Origin: a virus
Taxonomy: Duplodnaviria; Caudoviricetes
IMG/VR virus record: IMGVR_UViG_3300037501_000255
DNA: 64,000 nucleotides
Reading direction: 5' to 3' (one strand)
The notes beneath the pieces are model-generated. The model saw only the letters and a list, made by a program, of their open reading frames with translations. It had not been told where the DNA came from and ran no database searches. The position numbers and the translations under genes are program-made. Numbering within the stretch: the first letter of the stretch is position 1; every line of letters starts with the position of its first letter. This document shows, piece after piece, positions 55,702 through 63,528 of the stretch.

Positions 55702-56706
55702 TCAGAGACTAGGTCCGCGCGGAGGGCCCTTCTGTGGGGTAGTTATACGCGGCCGTTCAACTTGCGGAGTCGGGATTGAGGCTGGTGCGCCCGGCTCATC
55801 GCCACGTCTAGCTACTGGAGATCCTGGTGTAAAAGTAGTTTGTACTGCATTTAATGCAGATGACGCCCGCGCTTCCGCTACGCGCTTCTCAAGATGCGAG
55901 AAAAGTTCGCGCCAAGTCGAATATCCACCGCTTACGCTCCGAGCCATCTCATCCTTCACCTCTTTGGTGATCACGCCCGCCTGCGGAGACGCTGCTAAGG
56001 GTGATAAACCCTCGGCCTCGCGAAGTTGATTAAGTAATGTGATAACGCGGGCATTGTTAGCTTTAAGACGTGCAGCCTTATCGGCCTTCGCCTTCGCTTC
56101 CCGCTCGGCCGCCTTAGCTACGTCATCAAGATAGCCCTGCTCCTGTCCCGGTGCGAGGGGAACGTCTGAAGGAGCTTTCCGCGGAGCAGGCGCCCCCATC
56201 GTCATTCCGTCATACATGCCGTCTACAGGAGTCTGATCCACGTCAGCAGCCAATTTGGCAATTTCAACATCTAACTCGGCAGCGGCAGCGTGCTCACCAC
56301 GCTCATCAAGTAGATTCGCTAGGGAAACTAACTTAGCCATAGCCTGAGCCAGCTTGCCGGTGGGCTTGCCTTCAGCCACATCCCGCATCGCCTTCTGACG
56401 CTCTACAATAGTCTCTACCTTGGCCATATCCTTATCTTTAGGCTTATTATTGTCCAAATCAATGACGGTACCTCCGCCAGGATGGGCTTTACCAACCATC
56501 TCCTCACCAGTCTCGCCACCCAGTCCATATAGGCGATTATCATGGGAAGCTACCGCCACAATGCCATCAAGCTCGTTTTTTGGAGGAGCGCTGATGTCAA
56601 AATCCGGGTATAGATTTTCGGCAGGCTTATCAAGCATACCATCTGCCATGGCCTTAGTATAAAAGGCATCCAAAATTTCACTTTCATCAAATTTGATACG
56701 CTGCAT
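55702..56706 (-). CDS. Putative inner-head protein (AHP pro-domain family)
   Basis: EEMVGKAHPGGG...KVETIVERQ...LVSLANLLDERGEHAAAAELD. SD AGGAG. Confidence 0.55.
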   Translation of the reverse strand: MQRIKFDESEILDAFYTKAMADGMLDKPAENLYPDFDISAPPKNELDGIVAVASHDNRLYGLGGETGEEMVGKAHPGGGTVIDLDNNKPKDKDMAKVETIVERQKAMRDVAEGKPTGKLAQAMAKLVSLANLLDERGEHAAAAELDVEIAKLAADVDQTPVDGMYDGMTMGAPAPRKAPSDVPLAPGQEQGYLDDVAKAAEREAKAKADKAARLKANNARVITLLNQLREAEGLSPLAASPQAGVITKEVKDEMARSVSGGYSTWRELFSHLEKRVAEARASSALNAVQTTFTPGSPVARRGDEPGAPASIPTPQVERPRITTPQKGPPRGPSL

Positions 56707-56714
56707 ATAAGCTC

Positions 56715-57017
56715 CTACTTTAAGATCTGTTTAATGTCATCTATCGCTAATTCAATTTCTAGAGCTGCTCGTGAATTGTCACCAACAAGCTCAGCAATCC
56801 TATTCAGCTCATTAATTATTAGATGACTCGCCCCGGTACGATGCAGCGCATTTAACTCATCATGAGCCTCGGCCAGCAGACGGTCCTCCAGTTCAACATC
56901 CACCGCAAGAGCCTGCTGCGATTCTGAGGGTGGTGGAGTTTGGCTAGCCAAAATCTCTAACATAGTGCGGGCCACTTCGCTATTCTTCCAATTACCATCT
57001 TCGTGATCAAAAATCAT
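56715..57017 (-). CDS. Small acidic helical head protein
   Basis: 100 aa; LNRIAELVGDNSRAALEIE resembles the family helix-hairpin motif. Confidence 0.55.
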   Translation of the reverse strand: MIFDHEDGNWKNSEVARTMLEILASQTPPPSESQQALAVDVELEDRLLAEAHDELNALHRTGASHLIINELNRIAELVGDNSRAALEIELAIDDIKQILK

Positions 57018-57024
57018 ATAGTCC

Positions 57025-57711
57025 TCACAGCCAAATAAATTCTAAAAATGGATTGTGCGCAGTTGGCGGCACAATACACATCCCCACACCCGGCTGCTCG
57101 GGCATAGTTTGTTCTGTAGTTAGTTTTCCGCTAGCACTTACAAATAGCGTAGCATTTACACTATAAGCTGTCATTTCATATTGATCTGTCTGAAAAATTC
57201 CACGAGACCACCATATGGTAATCCTACCAGAGCCCACCGTTGTGTCTTCGCCGGCAATATTGGGCACATAGTATGTGTACTTAACACGCGTTCTTACTGC
57301 GTTTGGTGTCAGAGAGTCATCAGTTGCGAAATTGAGCTCAGTGCCGGCAGGTGCTTTCAGAATGCCATTAATAGGATTTAACTTTAAACCAGGGTAATCT
57401 GCTACAAAAGAACTTGCTATAATATTAGCATTGTATAGCTCTTTTGATGTATCCATAGCATTTACCCACTTATATCCATCAAATAGTGGCACGCATGGTA
57501 TTACAACTAATTCATCATTCACAGGTGCTGAGAAAGCGGTTGTCCTGATATCATCTATTATGCCAAAAGGAGCTCTTCCATCGGATACACCCAGCACATG
57601 ATCATTTCCAATAACCTTGAACTGCGCAATCATGCCAGGTTCGAACGTGGCATTCGGATCAACTGGATAAGAAACTGGTCTGGCATTTCCAGATTGTATA
57701 ACTCTAAGCAT
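57025..57711 (-). CDS. Capsid decoration/cement protein paralog
   Basis: MLRVIQSG... and DTTVGSGRITIWWSRGIFQTDQY...LFVSASGKLT align with the 50104 and 33321 motifs. Confidence 0.6.
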   Translation of the reverse strand: MLRVIQSGNARPVSYPVDPNATFEPGMIAQFKVIGNDHVLGVSDGRAPFGIIDDIRTTAFSAPVNDELVVIPCVPLFDGYKWVNAMDTSKELYNANIIASSFVADYPGLKLNPINGILKAPAGTELNFATDDSLTPNAVRTRVKYTYYVPNIAGEDTTVGSGRITIWWSRGIFQTDQYEMTAYSVNATLFVSASGKLTTEQTMPEQPGVGMCIVPPTAHNPFLEFIWL

Positions 57712-58045
57712 CTAACATCTCCGAAAGTATAGAGGCGATAGCCCTTCTAATTTGTACATCCCGGCTATTGTAGCCTACAGAGACAAGTTTCATCATCAAC
57801 GACCTCTCCTCCGAGTCGTCAGAATCATCAAGTACAAATTTCAATACTGCGCCACCATCTTCACTCAGAGATAATGTTGCCTGCCCGTTGCCTGTATTCC
57901 AATAATAATTGCGCACAGAGCCTTCGGACTCCCTGCGCACGGCACCTAATGGCGGGTATTTTACAAGGAATGGTTTAACAGCGGCAGGAAAATCCGAGCC
58001 AGATTTACGATAGATTTCATACTTCTGTGAGGGATTGTTGGTCAT
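57704..58045 (-). CDS. Hypothetical protein
   Basis: 113 aa, overlapping the next gene by 8 nt. Confidence 0.55.
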   Translation of the reverse strand: MTNNPSQKYEIYRKSGSDFPAAVKPFLVKYPPLGAVRRESEGSVRNYYWNTGNGQATLSLSEDGGAVLKFVLDDSDDSEERSLMMKLVSVGYNSRDVQIRRAIASILSEMLDA

Positions 58046-58136
58046 AGTAGAAAAACGCGATATATCCCATAATCTCTTCGTCGGATAAACCTAAATCTTC
58101 TAACTCAAGAATTTCAAAATATATGCTGTCAAACAT

Positions 58137-58180
58137 AAATAAAGATGTGGCGGGGCCTCACTAAAAACGAGGCCCCGCCA
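58137..58180 (-). terminator. Probable terminator after the protease/scaffold gene
   Basis: 12-bp stem TGGCGGGGCCTC/GAGGCCCCGCCA followed by CATCTTTATTT. Confidence 0.75.
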
Positions 58181-58187
58181 GTTATAT

Positions 58188-61100
58188 TCAGAAGAACAAT
58201 TTAGCTAGATTTTCAACTGATACATCTGCCGTCTGCGGCGCAGCCGGTGTGGCACCAGAACGATCATAGTTCAGCCCAACCACGGGAGCTGCAGTTTTCA
58301 CCTGCTCCTCAGTTTTGCGAGCCTGACCAATCATATTCTTCATGGCATCAAACTGGTCGCCGGGTAGCTTCACCAGGTTAGATGCAAAGCGGTGCAAGTC
58401 CGCGCGTGATTTTGCAATCAAACCACGCTCTTGAGCTTCGAGAGCGAGATTGTATGCACGCATCAACTTCGCCTCCTGCTCCTCGCTTGCTGCTTTGACT
58501 TCGAGCCCTGCCTTGGCCTGCTTGAATTCCTGAGTTAAGCCAGTAGCGAATTCGCGTCCACCATCGACCTGACCCAGGTAATCCTTCCAGTACTTAGCAG
58601 CTACTGCATCAACAGCGCCCTTGGCAACCAACTCGTCTATCTGGGCGGCCTTCACCACGCCAGCGCGAATCATGCGATCCAAGGCTTCAGCCGCCATACG
58701 TACATTGCGCGGTTCGGACTTGGCAACATCCTCGACAGCCTCTTTAACCTCAGCAAGAGTCTCGACCTTATTGAGCTTGTCCGACACCTTAGCATCGACA
58801 GCGACATCTGGGCCTGAACCCTTACGAGCCTCTGAGTAAGTGGACTGCCACTCGCCCGCGATCTTCTTCAGGAGTGATTCCCTCCATGCTTTGCGATCCA
58901 TGAGGCCGTCTTTGGCATGCATATCTTTCTCATGCTCCCTAACTTCCTCATCAGCCTTCTTATCGGCAATCTCGGCAACTTCCTTCTCTTCAGCCTTGTT
59001 GAGCGGCCCAGGCATATCGCCGGCATCTTTTGCCGCCATAGCACCATCTTCCGCATCCCACGCCCTCAGCGCCTCAGCAAGCTCTTCTGCAGCGTCAAGA
59101 CCATCCTCGAGTTCGTCGACGACACTATCTTCCTCTGTGTCGCCATGTCCAAGGAGACTCGGGATTTCAGGCTTGGTAGCCTCCTCCCACTCATCTTCGC
59201 CCTCGGTGAAGGCCTGCGCAACAAGAGCTTCGCGACGCGCTGCGCGAGCGGCTAGGAGAGCAGCTAGAGTTTCCCCAGCCTTCTCTATACCCTTCTCTTC
59301 TTTGTCATCATCCTTCTCTTCTTTGTCATCATCCTTCTCTTCGGACTCATCCTCTTCCCTGTCCTTGCCCTTAGCCTTCTTATCAGACTTGTCCTTCTTA
59401 GACTTCTTATCGTCGTCCCTCTTCTTCTTTTTCTTAGCAGCAAACTTATCTAGAAGATCAGCTGCTGCAGTAGCGACAACAAGCGCATCAGACACCGCCT
59501 CATCAACAACGGTCACCGGAGCAGAAACTGTTGATAGCGCGCCCAGCTCATCGGCAGCCTCAGCAAGCTCGGCCTGTACCTTTAGTAACTGAGTGCGGAA
59601 AGAGGCCGCGACCGGCGCCCCTTCTGCGGCAACATCAACTTGCTTCAGATCTTCGATATTCGCAGCGTTGCGAATTTCCTCAACCGCCGACTCGATAGAA
59701 GCGAGGGCTTCGGCAATCTTGTCCTTGCCAGTATCTCGTGGTGTCGCCGGAGCTTCTGCAGCTGGGGCTTCTGGGGCGGCGGGGGCGGCTGGTGATGCTG
59801 GAAGTTCACCTCCAAGCGTTTCAGCTGCTTTCTCAAGGCCTGCCGAGCGGATGAGTTTCATCACTTCCTTGGCATATGCCTCGGTCTTGAAGAAATCATC
59901 AGCAACAAGATCTTTTCCATCCTGCGAGAGATGTGCCGTATTCTTAACCGGCTCATCTAGTCCCACTTCGTAGGCGGATGATGCACGAACAGTCAGAATT
60001 TCATTGTTACCAGAGAAGAACTTCCAGGCGCTCTGACCCGGGGTTGCGCTCTTGGTGAGTCGCGCACGGATTGAAGCCATGCGCTGGAGGCCGCGCTTGG
60101 TCTGTTCATCACCGGGGAACATGCCGTCAGCGCCACTCTCAACGCTGCCATTCATTTGCTTATCCTTCATACGCATCTTCTCGTGAGGCTCTCCCATAAG
60201 CGGATACTGGGCCTTGCCAGGAGTTGGCTCTTCCGTGCCCTGCCAGTATGCCTTCTTCTCCACGGCACCTTCCTTATCATCAGCCTTCAGGACTTCTTTG
60301 GTACCATCAGCCTTCGTGGCGACCATAACCTTTCTACCGAGGGAGTCGGTCTTTTCCTCGACTGCACCAGGCCTCTTGTCATCGGCAGCCTCTTTCGTCA
60401 GTGCCTTGAGAAGCCGAGCGCGCTTAGCTCGACGCTCTTCAAGGGAGGCGCGTTGCAGCATCTCCTTCTTCTTGGCATCTTCTGCCGGGATATCTTTAGA
60501 TGTATCCAGCTCCTTGCCGGTCATCTGCTTATCTTGAGTGTCGCGAATCTTATCAGCGTCCCCCATCTTTTCGTACGGAAGGGCCTTTGCTGGGTCTTCC
60601 GTGCCCTGGTGATACGCTTGTTTACGCGCCTCTGCGCGCTTACGTAACTCTGCAAAATTCATTGGAATCTCCTTATTCTTCAACATTGCAAATCTATTGT
60701 GCAAAGAATTGTTTTTGGCACCAGCGTCAGAACCATCAGAATAATTTGATGATGTTGCCGATGCCGTTGCTATACCACTATTAGGATCCGGAAGAGTTCG
60801 TGAAACTCCTACGTTCTTGTCTACCATAGAGGTCGGATCTTGCCCGACCTCGCTATTCAAGCTCTCACCGGCCATGTCATGGCCAGTTGCTGCCGCAGAG
60901 CCCATATCGGGCTGAGTGGTCGTACCCGTTGGTCTCACTGCGGAGCTAACATCTATCACAGGAGCTTCTGAAGTCATATACCTTTCAGCCAACAGCTCTG
61001 CAACGGCTTCTTTAACCGATGTAAGTGCAGGATCTTTCATAGACTTCAGCTTTAGTGCAAGCTCCCGTAGCTCGGGATTTTTCATAGACGAAACATGCTG

Positions 61101-62045
61101 CACTACCATAGCATATTTCGGACTTTCATGATTTAGCGTACCCAATAGATCTATGATTTCTGATACGCTAAGATTTTTTCCTGGGACTGATGCGGGCGCA
61201 ACACCCCCTTCATCGCCAGATAAGGCCGCTGCCTTTTGAATGAAGTAATTATTGAAGCTAGCTAACACAGTGCGTACTTTGGCCCGCGGGTCGGCACCTG
61301 TAACAACAAGGCTAAGTTCAATTGGTTTTAGATCCTTATTTATTTCACCATAGTTTGCTTTGGTCTTGACATGGTGACAGTACTCAGCTTCGGTGGTAGC
61401 CACATTTGAGCACTCGGTACAGATCGACCGCCCCACAGCTGTGCCCATCGACACATTGGTCGCATAGCCCGCTTCAACCTTTCGAGCTAGATCTGGATAA
61501 TTTTTTCTATCTAATGCAAATAGCGCGTGGACACGCTTGAATTTAGGATCATAGAAGGTATCTACGATAATACCACGTATTCCATCAACACTATTGCTAA
61601 TATGGTCTTTACACAGCGGCTTTCCAACCCAATCTTTGTGAGATTTAATCAAATCTTCTTCGGGGAAGATGTCGCCATTTTGATTTTTATATAGCTGAAT
61701 ACCGTCTGGGCTAACCCACTTGACTGAGTCTGAGCCACGCGAATCTTTGACTGATTCAAAATGACCCCGCACAGGTTCGCCCCTAGCATTTTTTCTAAAT
61801 TCGCCGCTACCGTCGTCGACAAGATTTGCCTCGGCGGCATGCATCTGAATCGCATGACAATAGAGGAAATCTTCCATCTTAGGAGCGATCTTTGTTCCAA
61901 CCTTAACACGTTCTTGCTCTTCGCGCAAGGAAGAAATGATCTCTTTAAAGCGGCCAACTATTTCCGCCTCCTCGCCAACAGTTTCGGGAGAAACGATATT
62001 AGAAACTTGTAATTGATCGCTGAAGGCAATCTTTTTAATAGCCAT
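58188..62045 (-). CDS. Prohead maturation protease fused to a long scaffold region
   Basis: N-terminal NQNGDIFPEEDL...WVGKPLCKDH...GIIVD...VSMGTAVGRSICTECSN...EYCHHVK is a large-phage prohead-protease pattern. About 1000 aa of charged helical scaffold follow. Confidence 0.8.
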   Translation of the reverse strand: MAIKKIAFSDQLQVSNIVSPETVGEEAEIVGRFKEIISSLREEQERVKVGTKIAPKMEDFLYCHAIQMHAAEANLVDDGSGEFRKNARGEPVRGHFESVKDSRGSDSVKWVSPDGIQLYKNQNGDIFPEEDLIKSHKDWVGKPLCKDHISNSVDGIRGIIVDTFYDPKFKRVHALFALDRKNYPDLARKVEAGYATNVSMGTAVGRSICTECSNVATTEAEYCHHVKTKANYGEINKDLKPIELSLVVTGADPRAKVRTVLASFNNYFIQKAAALSGDEGGVAPASVPGKNLSVSEIIDLLGTLNHESPKYAMVVQHVSSMKNPELRELALKLKSMKDPALTSVKEAVAELLAERYMTSEAPVIDVSSAVRPTGTTTQPDMGSAAATGHDMAGESLNSEVGQDPTSMVDKNVGVSRTLPDPNSGIATASATSSNYSDGSDAGAKNNSLHNRFAMLKNKEIPMNFAELRKRAEARKQAYHQGTEDPAKALPYEKMGDADKIRDTQDKQMTGKELDTSKDIPAEDAKKKEMLQRASLEERRAKRARLLKALTKEAADDKRPGAVEEKTDSLGRKVMVATKADGTKEVLKADDKEGAVEKKAYWQGTEEPTPGKAQYPLMGEPHEKMRMKDKQMNGSVESGADGMFPGDEQTKRGLQRMASIRARLTKSATPGQSAWKFFSGNNEILTVRASSAYEVGLDEPVKNTAHLSQDGKDLVADDFFKTEAYAKEVMKLIRSAGLEKAAETLGGELPASPAAPAAPEAPAAEAPATPRDTGKDKIAEALASIESAVEEIRNAANIEDLKQVDVAAEGAPVAASFRTQLLKVQAELAEAADELGALSTVSAPVTVVDEAVSDALVVATAAADLLDKFAAKKKKKRDDDKKSKKDKSDKKAKGKDREEDESEEKDDDKEEKDDDKEEKGIEKAGETLAALLAARAARREALVAQAFTEGEDEWEEATKPEIPSLLGHGDTEEDSVVDELEDGLDAAEELAEALRAWDAEDGAMAAKDAGDMPGPLNKAEEKEVAEIADKKADEEVREHEKDMHAKDGLMDRKAWRESLLKKIAGEWQSTYSEARKGSGPDVAVDAKVSDKLNKVETLAEVKEAVEDVAKSEPRNVRMAAEALDRMIRAGVVKAAQIDELVAKGAVDAVAAKYWKDYLGQVDGGREFATGLTQEFKQAKAGLEVKAASEEQEAKLMRAYNLALEAQERGLIAKSRADLHRFASNLVKLPGDQFDAMKNMIGQARKTEEQVKTAAPVVGLNYDRSGATPAAPQTADVSVENLAKLFF
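59291..59342. repeat. 21-bp tandem repeat (about 2.5 copies) encoding (E)EKDDDKE in the scaffold
   Basis: CCTTCTCTTCTTTGTCATCAT x2 plus a partial copy, within a Lys/Asp/Glu low-complexity tract. Confidence 0.85.
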
Positions 62046-62245
62046 TACTGATCCTTAATCGAACTTCCTTCCTGTTCCTCTGCCTTTTTATTAGCAGGAG
62101 TCTCTTCGGTCTTTGCTGAGTCAACATCTGTACCTGCAGCCTTGGCCTCTTTGGCTTGCTTAACCCAGCCGGGCATATCCTCTTCGAGACCAAGCTCAAC
62201 TACAGAATATTTAATAAATACCATATTACACCAATTACAAATCAA
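62045..62245 (-). CDS. Small charged hypothetical protein (start uncertain)
   Basis: Fills the gap; GWVKQAKEAKAAG. Confidence 0.5.
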   Translation of the reverse strand: MICNWCNMVFIKYSVVELGLEEDMPGWVKQAKEAKAAGTDVDSAKTEETPANKKAEEQEGSSIKDQ

Positions 62246-62771
62246 CTATCTTTGAACCTATTTTGATCCTACCAAGAATATCACGATCTATTTTTTGAAA
62301 TAACTGAACAGTGATAATTTCATGCAGCGCTGATTTGGCAGCGACAATGTTATTTACATCTTGCGGAGCATCTTGCAGGAAATTGGGTTCAGTTGGTCGG
62401 CGGAACTTCTCAAGTAATTCGCCCGCCGCATCACGCACCTTGCGAATTTCCTCAACATAGGCCTTGCGCATAGATTCAAAGTTGCCATCTGAAATCATCT
62501 TATTCCACTCGCCCAAGGAGGATTCGACCAGAGTTAAGAAGTCATTCATGTCGCCTTGAATTTTCTGCTTATATGCAACAAGTTCTCTACGTAGCTTTCC
62601 AATGTCGGACGGCTCCCTAATCTCGCCAAGTATTGATGCAAATGACTGGAGCGAATCTGTAATTTGATCCAATTTAACGATCACATCCTTAAGAGAGCGG
62701 CGCACGCGCTTTGCCTGCTCCATTTCTCCAGGACTAATCTTAATTGAATATATTGGCACCGCAATTTTCAA
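62235..62771 (-). CDS. Helical hypothetical protein (head module)
   Basis: 178 aa, TTG start with SD GGGAG. Confidence 0.65.
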   Translation of the reverse strand: MKIAVPIYSIKISPGEMEQAKRVRRSLKDVIVKLDQITDSLQSFASILGEIREPSDIGKLRRELVAYKQKIQGDMNDFLTLVESSLGEWNKMISDGNFESMRKAYVEEIRKVRDAAGELLEKFRRPTEPNFLQDAPQDVNNIVAAKSALHEIITVQLFQKIDRDILGRIKIGSKIVDL

Positions 62772-62810
62772 TACTGACTCCCGTATCCTACTAATAATTG
62801 TTTACTCGTC

Positions 62811-62818
62811 TATTAATA
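62811..62818 (-). promoter_or_regulatory. Candidate late promoter TATTAATA (palindromic)
   Basis: 40 nt upstream of 62235-62771. Confidence 0.4.
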
Positions 62819-62820
62819 GA

Positions 62821-63528
62821 TTACCTTTCTGCCAAGCCGACCTGTGCAGCGAATCCCGAAGACGGCAGGTCGGACTGCATTTCATAGATGGGGTCTGCAA
62901 TCTGCATATTCTTATTCTCTGTGGTGTGCAGATAATCTGCCTGGTTATCAGAGCATAACAGTGACACAGTCTCATCATCGCCAAGCGTCTCAAGCTTTCT
63001 CACCACATCCTCTATCGAGAGCCGCGTGCGCTCGGAAAGAAGATCTATCACAGAATGTAGGCGCTCCTCATTCAAACTATAAGCTTCGCACATATTATCT
63101 ATAGCGTGTTTAACTATGAATAATGAGAAGTCATTATTTGAAAATGCTACCGGGGCAGGAACCGGCTTTCCGGTAGGTGCGCGCGGCGGCGCGGCGATGC
63201 CGGTTAATTTTGGTATGCCAGCTCTACCAAACCCGACAATCTTCACGCTGTTAGAATCAACGATTGCTATATATTCTCCGCCGGTACCATCTCGAACCTG
63301 ACCAACTGCATTTGGATCCTTCCTTACCCGAAATAGCTTAGTCTGAGGCTTAGAACGTGCAAAATCATTAGCCATAGCAGTGTTTAAAAGAACATTTCGT
63401 ACCTTAGCAAAATTGGGATTTGCCGCACGAAATTTCTTACGCGCAGTGACGGTGACGTAAATCCTGCGTCCGGTCGCCGCATCAGTAATTCCACTATCCT
63501 CTATGCCGGCATTAGATAATTTAATCAT
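62821..63528 (-). CDS. Hypothetical protein (head module)
   Basis: 235 aa, ATGA-coupled to the upstream gene. Confidence 0.6.
   Translation of the reverse strand: MIKLSNAGIEDSGITDAATGRRIYVTVTARKKFRAANPNFAKVRNVLLNTAMANDFARSKPQTKLFRVRKDPNAVGQVRDGTGGEYIAIVDSNSVKIVGFGRAGIPKLTGIAAPPRAPTGKPVPAPVAFSNNDFSLFIVKHAIDNMCEAYSLNEERLHSVIDLLSERTRLSIEDVVRKLETLGDDETVSLLCSDNQADYLHTTENKNMQIADPIYEMQSDLPSSGFAAQVGLAER

Noticed and set aside
620-57480. DGY as a DNA-level repeat or as a GFP-like chromophore
   Set aside because: The codons differ between copies. The GFP chromophore order is X-Tyr-Gly inside a specific barrel, not Asp-Gly-Tyr in scattered turns.
58017-58136. 39-aa ORF MFDSIYFEILELEDLGLSDEEIMGYIAFFYYDQQSLTEV
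   Set aside because: It has no SD, starts at a terminator and overlaps the 57704-58045 ORF in another frame. Possible but unsupported.
58621-60784. Long plus-strand ORFs (e.g. 58840-59592, 60156-60647) and many similar ORFs across the window
   Set aside because: They are antisense shadows of minus-strand genes with biased codons, giving Ser/Ala-rich nonsense with no SD or motifs.
62789-62796. Plus-strand TACTAATA (possible antisense promoter)
   Set aside because: A single instance in AT-rich DNA with no plus-strand gene downstream; may be chance.
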